This document shows, piece after piece, positions 39,035 through 53,562 of a DNA stretch of 64,000 nt. Made by a program: the position numbers and the translations under genes. The notes below the pieces were generated by a model, which searched no databases, was not told where the DNA came from, and saw nothing but the letters and a program-made list of their open reading frames with translations. Position 1 is the stretch's first letter, and each line of letters opens with the position of its first letter. This stretch comes from Octopus vulgaris (lineage: Eukaryota): positions 81,220,001 through 81,284,000 of the forward strand of contig OX597818.1 of the NCBI GenBank assembly GCA_951406725.2. Direction: 5' to 3'.

Positions 39035-40349
39035 ATTATATAGAAGGTATGCTAGGTAGTTTTCAACGTTGTTTGATGGTGAGAACAATTCAAGTATATA
39101 CGGAGTTATAAGTTTTCAAGTTAACTGCCATGATGTAAATGTTCTTGAAGAGTTTATACAAATTAACTAAGGTTAACAATGAAGAAGCGAGAGAAAGTGC
39201 TAACAAGTTTATAGAAGTGTTACATTAACAATATAACATAATGAATGCTGTCAATAAACTGAGAATGTCTATAAGCCTATGAGACAGCTTACATGCTTTC
39301 ATTCAACTTACCGATGTACCAAGCATCCTTGTCTGGTAATTGGCGATTTTGACTCAGTGCTTTCTGAAGTCTTCTTGGTTGCTCTTGTATGATGCTGGCG
39401 TTAGGAATTTGCCGTTTGGCTTGAGTCATTTATAATTTCTCTTCTTTCTCACGGTATGTGTTACCTTCGATTCCTAGGCATGAGCTGATTGATATATTAT
39501 TTTGTCGAATTTTCACTGATCTCGATCTCTGTTGGCTTCGTTAACATTGTCACTTTGTTATATTTAAGATGATATCATACGAAGGCGTGTAGTTTATGGA
39601 GGCATAACATATAGTACATCCAGCGTTATTGTTTCTGTGCATCTCAATACCTCTGTCTTTGTTGATAACGATTTTTTGATATCAAATTTCTATAAATACC
39701 ATGAGTATTTTTGTCGATAGAGCCCTAAATAAACACATGAGAGTAATTTGAAGCATGGAAGCGATATAATGTTTTCAAAACAATACTTTAGAAAATACAT
39801 TTTAGAGAAAGTACATTTTAGAGTTGTTACAGCTACCTAGTTTTGTCTGGTGATATAGGAAACATTATTACTGTTTATATTGAGTACAGGAGCAGTGTTG
39901 TTTTTTATGCGAGTGTAGCTAACAGTAATGTTATTTGTATTAAAAAATCTAATGAAAGCTAAGGTCTACGAAGAAATTCTTATTTATAAGTATATACAAT
40001 ATTTCAATACATATTGAACACTAGTAGCCTAAGTTGACAACGTGAAACTAAGTTTAATAATCTGAATGAGTGTTATTCTCTGACTAATCTTAAAAAAATA
40101 AAATCATACAAATCTAACTTAATAATACAAATGAGAGCAACACGCGATGTCGAATTATTTACTTGCCCAAACTTTTTGTATTTGCAAAGGAAAATCCATA
40201 ATTTGCTATTTAGCAAAATTAAAAGTTAAAAGTAGCATTATATCTTTTCATCATTAACAATTAAATAAACTGTAAAATCGAACAGTTTAATATCAAACTA
40301 TTTAATAAGCAATTCGCCATGAATAAATGAAAGAGTGTAGGCCAATTAA

Positions 40350-40424
<75 letters not shown>

Positions 40425-40540
40425 AATACAAATATACATAGTCGACATTTAATGATTTGGATAATTATGTGTTTATATTAACATACATATATAGAAAATT
40501 GCATATATATATACACACATACATTTCTCTCTGTCTCTCC

Positions 40541-40576
<36 letters not shown>

Positions 40577-41057
40577 TGATACATATATATATATATTCTA
40601 ACGACTTGCCGATCGATTAGTATCAATTACTTGAATTACTTGATACGTATTAATTTAAATAATCATATGTACTTATATGTATACATATATATCTAATTAT
40701 ATACGTATATGCGTATATTTATATATATATATGTACAGACACACACACAACACACTTACACATACACATATATAAGTGTCTTAGAACATATACTGCATGG
40801 AAGTAATTGCTGCAATTCAATGTTGCGTAAACATTATTTTTAGGAAAGTTCAGTCGTTGCAACAGCAACAATAACAATTATATCAACGAAACTTCAATGG
40901 TACCAACGACATCATCACCATCAAGAACATCAACAACAAAAGCAAAAAGAACCTCAACATATACAGTAGTACGAATATATTATATAATGCCTTATACAAA
41001 GAAAAAAGAGAAAAGAAGAAAAATTCAAATATAATTCTCGCAAGAGATAATAATAAT

Positions 41058-41432
41058 TCTTTCTCCTATGGGCACGAAGCCTAAAATTTTCGGAGAGGGG
41101 CGAGTCGATTACATTCATCCTAGTGCTCATCTGGTACTTAATTCATTGATCCTGTAAAATGAAAGGCAAATACAACCTCGGTGGCGTTTGAACTCACAAC
41201 GTAAAGCTAGAAGAAATACCTATTTCCTTACTAGCCACAAGGGACTAAACACAGAGAGGACAAACAAGGACAGACAAATGGATTAAGTCGATTATATCGA
41301 CCCCAGTGCGGAACTGGTAGTTATTTAATCGACCCCGAAAGGATGAAAGGCAAAGTCGACCTTGGCGGAATTTGAACTAAATACCGCTAAGCATTTTGTC
41401 CAGAGCGGTAACTATTCTGCCAGCTTGCTGCT
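41058..41432 (-). mobile_element. SINE family A chimeric dimer (type-2 tail unit followed by type-1 tail unit)
   Basis: Junction AAGGAAATA|GGTATTTC on the minus strand at ~41220. Confidence 0.8.
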
Positions 41433-41639
41433 TGTGAGGAATTATGGACATGGTCGTGAAAAGTCCCAATCAGTATATTAACGAAAGCACTGAAGAACTG
41501 CTAGAAGTGTAAGCAATGCAAACATGCTAGAAGGATAAACTGAAAAGGAAGTACTTGAAAAGAGAAAGCGAAGTTATATGGAGAAGCATTTACATCAACA
41601 GAGAAAGGGAATTCTCACAAAAATAAAAGAGGATAGGTC

Positions 41640-42075
41640 ATGATAACTCAGGATCAGGATCCGCGGAAAAATAGGTTAAAATGTAAGAAGGGAGTCAACG
41701 TATCACCATTGTTTAGGGTTTTCGATGAACGAGAAGAAACAGTAACCTACACTGTATTCGAATGTTCCAAACTCACACAGAAAATAGTAATAATCTTGGA
41801 GATATGATAACGTTGCAAAGATTACCCACTCGGAAATGTGTAAGACTTACATCAGGACAGAATTGGTATGAACATGTTCCTGAAATGAGAGAATGAAGAG
41901 GTTAAATTTCTTTAGAACTTTCTGATCCAAACGGATCACGTCCTAGAGCATAACAGACCAGATATCTTGAGGTATGAGTAGTAATGGAGTTGCTATATAA
42001 TTGCTGTGATCTGTCCATTTGATTTAAGAATAAAAGAAAAACGAATCAACAAAGTAGACATTTGCCAAAACCGAG
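41640..42075 (+). mobile_element. Highly decayed R4/Dong-type RLE LINE fragment (lineage 3)
   Basis: EETVTYTVFECSKLTQK; RYDNVAKITH; WYEHVPE; NFLIQTDHVLEHNRPDIL; VICPFDLRIKEK. Confidence 0.75.
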
Positions 42076-42087
42076 GTAAGCAGATTA

Positions 42088-42446
42088 TGGTATTTCGTCC
42101 ATCTTTATGTTGTCAGTTCTAGTCCCGTCGCTGTCGACTTTACTGTCATTCTTTCAGGATCGGTAAAATAAGTACCAGTTGATCATTGGGATCGATGTAA
42201 TCGACTTACACTCTCACTCCAAATTAAAAATATGAAACTAAAAGCAGCGAGATGGCAGATCGTCAGCATTTCGGACAAAATGCTAAGCAGCATTTCGTTT
42301 GTCTTTACGTTCTCAGTTCAAATTCGGCTGAGGACGAATTTACCTTTCCTCCTTTCCGGATCGATAAAATACATGACAGTTGAACACTGGGGTTGATGTA
42401 ATCGACATGTCCCCTCCCCACTAATAGGTAAACTTGTGTCAAAATT
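42088..42446 (+). mobile_element. Two degenerate SINE family A copies
   Basis: 42088-42225 begins at GGTATTTCGTC. 42243-42446 includes the head. Confidence 0.75.
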
Positions 42447-42485
42447 CTTCTTCTTCTTCTTCTTCTTCTTCTTCTTCTTCTTCTT

Positions 42486-42563
<78 letters not shown>

Positions 42564-43907
42564 ACTCGTACAAGCTAGACGCTCGTAATCTCGTCTATTT
42601 GTTTACAGTTTCATCAGTTGTTAATTGTTGAAATTTTGTTATGTAATAATTGTTAAGGCCACTAGGACAACACAGTCCTGGTCTGTTTGTTTTTCGCGTC
42701 TTTGGAGCACAAATCTGAAAAGAAAATTTCAAATTTCCTTTGTGAAAATGATTAAAAAAAGCAAAACAAAAAAACCACGGCGTTGGCTGTCACAAACCAC
42801 CGAAATGGAGGGAGAAGTGAGAGAAAACGCTAAAAGAGATTTGCAACACGCTTCCGAGTCCTTCAAGCTCATCCTACTCACGGAATGGGAGGCGAACTAT
42901 TCTAAGGTTCAAAGTCCGAAATACTGCACCATTACTATCTCAGAAAATAGCAGCAACAGTATCAAGACCAAAAATAATAACAGCAACTGCGTCGCAGTAG
43001 CAGCAGCAGCAGCAGCGGTAATAGGAAGGTGACAGCTATATATTTAATAGCACAAGCAGCAGCATCATCAACAACAACAACAACAATGGTAAAAGCAATA
43101 GCAGCAACAACAATAAAAGAGACAGCGGCAGCGGTGGTAGCGATGATGACATTAACAGTGACAAGAACAACATGAATAACGAGGACAATAAACGAAGTGG
43201 TGGGGGCAACTCTGCATGCAGACAATCTTTTGCAGTGCTGGTAACAAAATTAATGCAGTATTTCTTCATCTTTTCTAAACGACAAGAAAGAATTTGTGTA
43301 GAAGCGAAACAACTTATGATGCTGAATGGGAAGAATGCACATATTGCCTTCCTAGACGAGGTCTTGGCAGCAACTGCTAGGAAAATTGTCGCGTATTGCT
43401 GTGTGCCGGCTAAGACTCGACATTTAGAAGTACTGACACGTCCAGGTGTAAAAAGCTCTGAAAAAAATATGGGCAGACATTTATCATGTAACGAGTGCAA
43501 GATAGTTCGGGAGCATGGATGTCCTCTTCAAGAGCGAAGCACTCGCGTTGAAGTACTCCATAGCTCCCATACGCGACTCACCATCTGCTCAACCCATTTA
43601 GGGAGAAGGACATGTTGCATTATGAGAGACAGAGTTCCACTTGGGTTTGACATCGGATGGCTACTGGTAGGTGTTACTTCATTCTCGAAATGAAGTGACC
43701 AGAGAGGGAGTTTGGGTCTGGGACCACAGCAGGGATTCTCCTCCAGATCGAACTAATGTAGGTGGAACCCTAATTTCTGCTTTCAACAAAATGCAGGAGA
43801 AAGGAAACCTGCACACCTGTTGACACGACAGTTCCAACAACAACAGTAACAGAGAAGGGAACAGGAACAACAGTGCCAACATCAGTAACAGTAGCAGAAG
43901 AAAGATC

Positions 43908-44204
43908 AGGATGTTGAACGAAACACCTATGTTTCCAAAGGTGAATTATCCAAACCCCAAAGTATTCCACTCGGCACATGCACCCCCATCACCTCTGCTC
44001 GTGATCAGGGATGCACATATCGTCAGCCACTCAGGGACATGCTCAACTGGTTAAGGTCAAACAACTCACAAAAAAGTCTGTGGTATGAGCAGAATATTTA
44101 CTGTAACCCATTATTTATACCAAGACAAAACTATGTACATAACATCTCTAAACAGTAAAGATCAAAAGCGATGTGAGCCACTGCTTAGTACTGCATCAGA
44201 GTAC
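43908..44204 (-). mobile_element. M555 element, half copy
   Basis: Matches ~515-824. Lies in tandem with the next copy across a short ATT/ACT spacer. Confidence 0.85.
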
Positions 44205-44220
44205 TTATTATTACTATTAC

Positions 44221-44766
44221 TGAGTGAGAAAGCAGTGCATGCCGTCAAAGAGACACTGGGGTAAAATATACGAAGCCCAGTATACTCATCATGACTACCC
44301 GTCTGATAAGGGTACACCAGGCACAATCATCACAACCATATGTGCGTGACATGGTGATCTCATATCAAGATAAACAGCACATGACATTGCATGTGGGGCC
44401 CAGGTAGAATTTTCTTCTGGTCGAGTCACCCATCTCGCTCAAACGGTCCCTGAATAAGGGTTGCTTAAGTATGTTGAACAAAACACCCATGTTTCCAAAG
44501 GTGAATTATCCAAACCCCAAAGAATTCCACTCAGCACATGGCTATGATGCCACTCCCTATTACATTTGCTCGTGATCAGAAATGCGCATATCATCAGCCA
44601 CTAAGGGACATGGTCAACTGGTTAAGGTCAAACAACTGACAAGCAAATCAGTGGTATTGGGCAGAATATTTGCTGTACCAAGACAAAACAATGTACATGA
44701 TAACTCTTCTAATCAGTTAAGATCAGAAGCCATGTGAACCACTGCCTGGTACAGCATCAGGGTATT
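44221..44766 (-). mobile_element. M555 element, full length
   Basis: GAGTGAGAAAGCAGTGCATGCC...CAGCATCAGGGTATT then (ACT)n(ATT)n. Confidence 0.87.
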
Positions 44767-44878
<112 letters not shown>

Positions 44879-45151
44879 TCTGCCTTAGTAGAAACTGATG
44901 GATAAAGAAATCAAACTACATAAACAAACCTTCAGAAATTAAATAACACTGACATACTTTTATAATATATATATTATACATACATATATTATACATACTT
45001 ATTAACACTTTACAGTATACTTACATATATACATACATCTATACATCCATATAAAACAACAGCAATACTAAAGGAAGGGTGGAATTTAAGAGAAGAGAAA
45101 CCCCAAAGGTCTTATGCTATTCATTTAAACATTCCTGAGTAGAGCTTGTTA

Positions 45152-45620
<469 letters not shown>

Positions 45621-45623
45621 CAA

Positions 45624-45655
<32 letters not shown>

Positions 45656-45799
45656 CTGTTGTTATAATAATAATAATTATTATTATCATTATTATGATCA
45701 TCATATTTATTACTAGTACTACTAGTAGCATCTGGACGACGTTGATGAGCAAGTTCAGTTATTTTGATACTAATTGGTAAGACCAAAAACCTTGGAAAA

Positions 45800-46305
45800 T
45801 CTATTTACAAATACTTGCATCTCTTCCATAGAAAGAGCACCGATTTCACAATTATTTGCAGAACGTTGTTCACATATCATTTCAAGCTTAGCTTTAGCCG
45901 TGGTATTAAATCTTTCTGTACTGAATAGATTTACGCTAAAATGAAGCTGGACATTTACATCATAATCTCATTAAGCATCAGAGAGAAGAGAGCAAATAAC
46001 ACAGGAGCGAAAACGTAGCCTGTTTAGTTTCATATGATACATAGGAAGGATCACAACATTGGCCTTCAGAAATTAGATTTGTCATCGTCATGGACGAAGA
46101 TAATGACGTTTTCCATCATATCTGGAATATCCACTTTTGTTAGAACTTTCCATAATGCCTCTCCGGATACGATATCAAACCATTTTGTATCTATAACGAC
46201 CGTGTAGAGAGTTCCACAATCTGTAAATGAGCTTTATCCTGAATTTGCCTTCATGAAAGATTTATATCGACTGTCCCACGTTCAGTTCGAAAGCTACATT
46301 GGGAC
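45800..46305 (-). mobile_element. Decayed RTE-clade LINE reverse-transcriptase fragment
   Basis: QCSFRTERGTVD; RQIQDK; FDIVSGEALWKVLTK; YVFAPVLF. Confidence 0.75.
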
Positions 46306-46470
46306 TGAAGATATATGAAACTAGATTTGAAGATACGTGGAACTAGATATATGTTGATTCTAAAAGATATTATATATGAAATTAGATATATGTCGATTCT
46401 TTTCAAGATTTAATATATAATAAATGAAACGAGATATGTGATTGAAGATATATGAAACTAGGTATGTGCC
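46305..46470. repeat. Degenerate minisatellite GAAGATATATGAAACTAGAT
   Basis: About five variant units. Confidence 0.7.
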
Positions 46471-46684
46471 AAGTCTACGATTATTTAAAATAACACAGAC
46501 AGGGATTTTCCTTGCATTTTAGAGAAGTGTATTTATACATTGGCTGTCGCATTGATTTTATTCTTAATTTTCATTTAAGTGAACAATGGAAACATCCTTA
46601 ATAATATTGGAGAACCGTACTACACATTTCAGAGCACGAAAAGAGGTTAATGAACTTTTGTATCGATGTTAATTACTTAAACAC

Positions 46685-46870
46685 TTCCCTCCCCATGGAA
46701 TATAGGCCATCGACAGCTTTTCTCCCCTATTCTCGACTCTACTCCTTTCCAGTTGGATCCCGACTTTTTTCAGCTTTATTCCGCTATTCCGCCTCCAGCT
46801 CTAGTTAGGGTGTCTTCTCTCTGTCTCCCTTGCGGGTTCCAGGTTAGTACCTGATGTGTAAAATAGGATA
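46685..46870 (-). mobile_element. RTE-type LINE 3' end, decayed
   Basis: HQVLTWNPQGRQRE...WRR resembles the RTE motif LxWNPQGKRxRGRP..WRR. Confidence 0.6.
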
Positions 46871-47189
46871 TAGATTTCCTTAAGGCATTTTGCATTTGTT
46901 GCACTGCGTCAAATGTTTCTTTGAGGGAAGGCATTCTCCCAGGCGTTGTGGATTTAAATTCTCATCAATGTTTCTGTAACTGCTTTTATCTAGGTAGGGA
47001 TATTGGCCCAAGAACAACACAGGTTTGATATGTGTCCATATTAGCCTGGGAGCTTACTGCTCTGTTTCAAGGACACTCTAAAGACCTGAAAACATGGGAA
47101 TTGTAAGCACTGAATAGAGCTCAGTGAAGCTTTTGCTACGAAGCCATCTCTGACTTTAAGCTTCATTGCTGATTGACCTGCACAAACGA

Positions 47190-47402
47190 TTTGTTTATAA
47201 TGATCATATGTTCGTGCTGCAAACATTATTAGCTCGCCAGAACAGGTGCACCGTGTGCCATACGTCTGGTGTCGAAGTGATCGCAGAGCAAAGGGAAATT
47301 AAGTATTTTGCTCAAGAGCGCAACGCACAGCCCAGTCTAGGAACCGAAATCACGATCGCTAGATCGTGAGTGCAACATTCTAACCACTAAGCCATGCGCC
47401 CT
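47190..47402 (-). mobile_element. SINE, family C-related
   Basis: GGCGCATGGCTTAGTGGTTAG head and CTTGAGCAAAATACTT domain. Confidence 0.7.
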
Positions 47403-47405
47403 TAC

Positions 47406-47438
<33 letters not shown>

Positions 47439-48429
47439 AACACACACACACATTCCCTCTTTCTCCCTCTCTCTCCTTCACACACATTATTGACGTCATA
47501 TGAATTTATAAACTTTCGAAGGAAGATGAAATAATTTTCTTTTGGAATTATATCTCGAAGTACATATAAAGCTATAAATAATAACGTAAACATTAGGTTG
47601 AGAAACCCTTTTGCATAGAAAAAGACTGGCGCCATTATTTATGGCTTCATCAACTCTTAGTTCTATTGCTGAAAAATGATTTATTTCATATCTCTCATAG
47701 ATTCAGAATTTCTATGACGTAAATACCAAAAGTTTCTCGCTGGTAAAAATAAAAATTCTAAAATGGATAGAGGAAATTTGAAGAGATGCTTTGATATAAT
47801 GTTGCAACGTCTATCATGTTTACAGAAGGTGTGGGTTCAACAGAGACAGCCACCGACGTTTTCCACCCAAGTCGATTTTTATTCCAGCCTTCTGAATTCC
47901 ATCTTTAAAAACGATGTAAGTGTATATATATATATATATATATATATAAATATCATTATTTCCAATTCTCTCTAAAGGAGACTACGGCAGCGGTACTGCT
48001 GGGTTCGGCTACTCCACATTGATAAGAGGCAACTATCTCAAAACTTGTCTGTGGATGCTAGACCAGCAAGGGGAATCTGCTGACCTCCCCTGTTCGAAGG
48101 TTATAATGGACACAGGTTTGTGTGTCAAATAGATAGCCAGAGGCGATGGCCCCTTGGAGCTAACCAACGGCAGCATTCGTCCTATTTTTCTGGACTGCCA
48201 TGTTAGCTTGACGATAACTATCAATATATATATATATATATATATATTCCACATACACACGTATACATCTTGACTAGCAGCTTCACTAGCAACTCGGTGA
48301 CCTCGGTGGATTTTGTAGTAAATGCATTCTATCTTGTTTCAACATTTCGTTGACAAATTCAGAACACTAATAGCATCGAAGTTGTCGTCGTCGTTGTCAT
48401 CATCATCATCATCATCATCATCATCTTCA

Positions 48430-48886
48430 GCAGTATACCCATCGAGACTACCCGACTGACAAGGATACACCAAGTACATGCACCACAACCATATGTGCGC
48501 GACATGGTGTTCTCAAGAGAAACAGTGCATGACCTTGCACTGTTAGAATTTTCTTCAGGTGGAGTAGTCCATCACGATGGGATGGGTCTCTGTACAAGGT
48601 CTCTGAACAAAGCTTGTTTAAGGATATGTTCCTAGAGATGGATATTTCAAACCCCAAAGAATTCCTCTCAACACATGGCTATGATGCTCCCACACTACTT
48701 CTACTCGCATTCAGAGATGCACATATGTTCAGTCACTAAGAGGCACACATTGCTAGCTCATGAGGGATTGAGCAGCTCTGAGGGATTGAGCAGAATATTT
48801 GCTGTAGCCCATCTTTTATATCAAGACAAAACATGTACATGATAACACTTCCAGTCTGTTAAGCTCAGAAGCCATGAAAGCTACCT
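48430..48886 (-). mobile_element. M555 element, older degenerate copy
   Basis: CACAACCATATGTGCGCGACATGGTG and GAGCAGAATATTTGCTGTAGCC. Adjacent to (CAT)n. Confidence 0.8.
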
Positions 48887-48939
48887 ATTCCAATTTATCT
48901 AGTTTGTGTCTTTCCATTTTTAATGCGTGTCTACACATC

Positions 48940-49228
48940 ACGTAATCACGTGATCGACCAGACTATATGGATGGTGTTATATATCGCTTGTCACAATGCG
49001 CTTTACAGTATTCTTTTAGCTTTCGAATATGACACTATCCTGGCTAGGCAAGCAGGCCAACATCACCAATTGCAAGGTTAGTCCATCGCAGAGTTACACA
49101 TTTACAGTTGAGTAAACAGGAACAACACGAAAGGAAGTGTTTTGCTCAAGAACACAACGCACTACCCGGACCAGAAATCGAACCCTCGATCGTGAATGCA
49201 ACCTCTTAACCACTAAGCTACGCACCTT
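48940..49228 (-). mobile_element. SINE, family C-related
   Basis: tRNA head at ~49150-49228 and GTGTTTTGCTCAAGAACACAACGC. Confidence 0.65.
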
Positions 49229-49461
49229 CATATATCTACACAAACACGCGCATATATACATAAACATATATACACATGCATGTGTAACTATATGCAAGTA
49301 CTTGTGCGTGTATATATATATATACGTATATGTATATATATAATTATATACATACATTTTTGCATATATATAGATTTTTACAAACATAATGACGCACACA
49401 TTAATATATCTATATATCTATATATATACACAAGCACATTTATATATATATAGTTATATAA

Positions 49462-49495
<34 letters not shown>

Positions 49496-49521
49496 ACTAT
49501 ACACACACACATATATATATA

Positions 49522-49562
<41 letters not shown>

Positions 49563-49894
49563 GCAAACATAAAGACGTACACATTAATTTTTCTCTATCT
49601 CTGTCTCCCAAATTTGCTTATTTTCTAGTTAATTAAATTAAAAAAGATAATTGATCATACAGAGACAATAACTGTGTTTATTCCTATTATTTTGTTATGT
49701 GTATTTGTTCTCAAACCTTGTGCAATATATCTAGTATTAATAAAATACTCTTCTGATCTATTTTACTTGTTTTATTTTCCTTTCTTTCTGCTGCTTTCTG
49801 CTGTCTACTTATAATCTCTTTCATCTTTCTCTGCCTATTTATTTACATATTTGCAATCTAATTCCTTAATTCTGAACACCGCAACTTGCACAAA

Positions 49895-50706
49895 CATTTT
49901 GTTGTTGCATTTTGTCATTGTTATTCTTGTTTTTTTTATCATCGTTGCTATGTTTGTTGCTATTGTTGTTGCCGGTTAATTATTTTTGTTGTTATTGCTA
50001 TCATCCTGGTTGCTATTGTTGTCGTTGTTGTTATTATTATTGTTCTTGCCATTGTTGTTGCTTTTGTTCTTGTTCTGGCCGGCATTGTTGCTATTAATGC
50101 TGTCATTGTTGTCAATTACAGTGTTGTTCTTGTTGCCACTACTGTTGTTGCTATTGTGTTTGTTGTTATTGTGGTTGCTATTGCAGCAGATATTGTTGCT
50201 GCTATCGCTATTGTTATTACTGTTGCTATTGTTATTGTTGCCATTCTTTTTGTTGTTGTTGTTGCCATTGTTCTTGTTGTTATTAATGCTGCTGCTATTG
50301 TTGTTGTTGTTGCTAGTGCTATTACAGTCATATTGTTGTTTTTGTTGTTGTTGGTGTTGTTTTTGAAATAGAGTTGCAGGACGCTGTCTCTTCGTTCTTG
50401 ATGTAGCTGTTTCCCAAGAAAGATTTGGTAATGATGGCGATAATGGCCATTAGTAATGATGATGATGATGATGATGATGACGCTGGTTGTGGTGGTGGTG
50501 GTGGTGGTAGTGATGGTGGTGGTAGTGCTCATGTTGTTGCTGATGTAATAAATGCAAGATGGGGAAGGTGATAACATAATAGTGATGATGATGATTATGA
50601 TGCTGCTGCTGCTGTTGATAGTGATGATTATGATGATGCTGTTGCTGCTGCTGCTGCCAATGATGATGATGATGTCGATGGTGGTGGTGGTGATGATGAT
50701 GATGAT

Positions 50707-50739
<33 letters not shown>

Positions 50740-50793
50740 TATGCTAATGATGGCGAACGTGATGTTCATGAGTTGGTGATGGTGAAGTAGATG

Positions 50794-50824
<31 letters not shown>

Positions 50825-50929
50825 AGATGTTGCTGTAAATGTTATTACTCACGGTGGTGGTGGGGATGATAGTGATGGCGATGATGGTGATGGCGATGAT
50901 GGTGATGACGATGATGGTGATGAGAATGA

Positions 50930-50961
<32 letters not shown>

Positions 50962-52097
50962 ATGATGATAATGATGATGGTAGTCATGGTGGTGACAACG
51001 ATGGCGGTGGTGATGGTGATGGAGATGTTTTGATAAAAAATTTTCTTGCATCGTTCCTTCCTTTCTTCAACTTTAACTTATTCAGTTTAATGTTTCTGTT
51101 TGTTAATTCATATTTAATAACAATATCACCATAACAACAGCAACAAAAACAATAGTGACAACAACAACAAAAAAGCGAAAACATCACCCCTTCTCCACGA
51201 CCATCACCACCGACAAAAACCACATCGTTATTTTGATTGCATCTCATATTGTTTCCTTTTTTTTGTTCATACTCTTGTCCTTTTCTCCTTTTCTTTCTTT
51301 TGATCAATTTTGTTCTTGCTGCTTCAGTAGTAGTAGTAGTAGTAGTAGCAGTAATACTAGTAGCACTTGTTGTTGTTGTAGCAACAGTTGTTGTTGTTGT
51401 TCTTAATATAAATTGTTATTTTATAATATATAACTATTATGATCATGGTCGTTCAATTTTTACGTGCTATTATTCCTGCAATGACACTTGTTCAATCACA
51501 ATCAAGATCATCATCGCCACACCACCATCATCACCACCACCACCACCACCACCAAACCACCAACACCACCACTACTACCACTACTATCATCATCATCATC
51601 ATCATCATCATCATCGTCACCGTCATCTTCATTATCGCCGCCGCCATCACCATCGCCACCACCATCAACACCACCAGCACCACCAGCACCATCATTCTAA
51701 TCACTGTCATCGTCATCGTCATCCTCGCCCCGCTACCGTCGCCATCGTTGTCGTCTTCATCATTATCCCCTCCATCAAAACCACCACCACCGCTAAAATC
51801 ATCTTCATCGTCATCATCATCATCAACATCACTACCACCACCTCAACCACGACCTCGACCAGCAACATCAGCACCACCACGAAAACCACAAGAACCACCA
51901 CCACCACCACTATCATCATCGTAGTCATCATTGTTGTCGCCTTCATCATTGCCACCACCACCACCATCACAACCACCACCACCATCACAACCACCACCAC
52001 CATAATCACCATTTCCAGCAACAGGAGCATCACCGACAAAACGACCATCACCAACATCACCAGCACCACCAGCATCACCACCACCACCACCACCACC

Positions 52098-52145
<48 letters not shown>
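49895..52145. repeat. 2.2-kb block of cryptic trinucleotide repeats (GTT/GCT, GAT/GGT, then CAT/CAC)
   Basis: Read directly. Explains the long poly-I/V/T/H ORFs. Confidence 0.9.
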
Positions 52146-52146
<1 letters not shown>

Positions 52147-52329
52147 ATAATCTCCCATCAGTTCCTCTTGTTTATTAATTAAGATGCTCATCAAAATGAC
52201 AAGTAATTAAGTAGGTAATACAGTTTTCATTGCGGAACTTTAATTATCTTTATTATTGTTCTTGTAATTATTGTTGTAATTTTTCTTTATTCAGGTTGTT
52301 TTCATAATTTACCTTTATGTTTATCTTTT

Positions 52330-52768
52330 AGCTTCATTTCATACGTTTTATTCGTTATAGTCTTTGGAAAGCGGTCATGCTGGAGCACCACCTTGAAAGG
52401 TTTATTCGAAAAAAAAAATCGGCTCCCGGTGCTTATTTTTGAAATCTGGTACTTATTCGATCGGCGTCTGTTACCGAACAGTAAGATTACAGGGACGTAA
52501 ACAAACCAACGTATGTTGTAATGCGGTGGTGGTGGTTTGGACAAACGCAATACAAATACAGAAGACACACAAACATAGATAACCACTCATACATATGCAT
52601 ATACACGACAAGCTTCTTTCAGTTTCCGTCTGTCAAATCTTCTCAATAGGTCTTTTTGGTCGGCCGGGGCTATAGGAGAAGACAGTTGCCCAAAGTGCCG
52701 CACAGCAGAACGGAACTCAAGATAAAATAGATAGGAAACATGCTTCATATCTACACAACCGCACCTGC
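52330..52768 (-). mobile_element. SINE family B, degenerate full length
   Basis: ATGCTGGAGCACCACC, CTTCTTTCAGTTTCCGTC, TTGCCCAAAGTGCCGC. Confidence 0.75.
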
Positions 52769-52864
52769 GTCTGTTAAGAGGAATTAAATTTACATGGTCG
52801 TTCAATTTTTACGTGCTATTATTCCTGCAATGACTCTTGTTCAATCACTATCAAGATCTTCATT

Positions 52865-53237
52865 AAGGCTGCGAGCTGGCAGAAACGTTAGCACACCGGG
52901 CGAAATGCTTAGCGGCATTTCGTCTACCGTTACGTTCTGAGTTCAAATTCCGCCGAGGTCGACTTTGCTTTTCATCCTTTCGGGATCGATAAAATAAGTA
53001 CCAGTTACACACTGGCGTCGATGTAATCGACTTAATCCGTTTGTCTGTCCTTGTTTGTCCTCTCTGTTTAGCCTCTTGTGGGTAGTAAAGAAATAGGTAT
53101 TTTCGACTTTGCCTTTCATCCTTTCGGAGTCGATAAATTAAGTACCAGTTATGCACTGGTGTCGATGTAATCGATTTGTCTGTCCTTGTTTGTTCCCTCT
53201 GTGGTTAGCCCCTTGTGGGCAATAAAGAAATAAGAAA
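52865..53237 (+). mobile_element. SINE family A dimer (tail type 2) preceded by a captured 71-bp segment
   Basis: Two units. TSD AATTAAATTTACA at 52782-52794 and 53236-53248. Confidence 0.88.
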
Positions 53238-53562
53238 TTAAATTTACAAAACAAAAGCAGAGAATCTTCGTTGTGGCTGCAAACAGGTCACCTCTTTGGA
53301 AAGGTAGGTTCTTGTGATCAACGTAGTTGCTGTTGTCTTCTTCTTCTTCTTCTTCTTCTTCTTCTTCTTCTTCTTCTTCTTCTTCTTCTTCTTCTTCTTC
53401 TTCTGCTTGTTGTTGTTGTTCTTCTTCTTCTTGTTCTTGTTCTTCTTCTTGTTCTTCTTCTTGTTCTTGTTCTTCTTCTTCTTCTTCTTCTTCTTCTTCT
53501 TCTTCTTCTTCTTCTTCTTCTTCTTCTTCTTCTTCTTCTTCTTCTTCTTCTTCTTCTTCTTC

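Noticed and set aside
39280-39720. Possible Penelope GIY-YIG C-terminus on the minus strand (FIEI*YQKIVINKDRGIE) with a GAAAGCATGT motif
   Set aside because: Only one short motif match, containing a stop, and no intact core. A profile search is needed.
43172-43693. 173-aa complex ORF (and antisense 154 aa)
   Set aside because: No recognisable motif or splice structure. It may be an old repeat. BLASTX is needed.
51237-52178. 313-aa His/Thr/Ile-rich ORF
   Set aside because: It lies entirely within cryptic trinucleotide repeats, and several frames on both strands are open.
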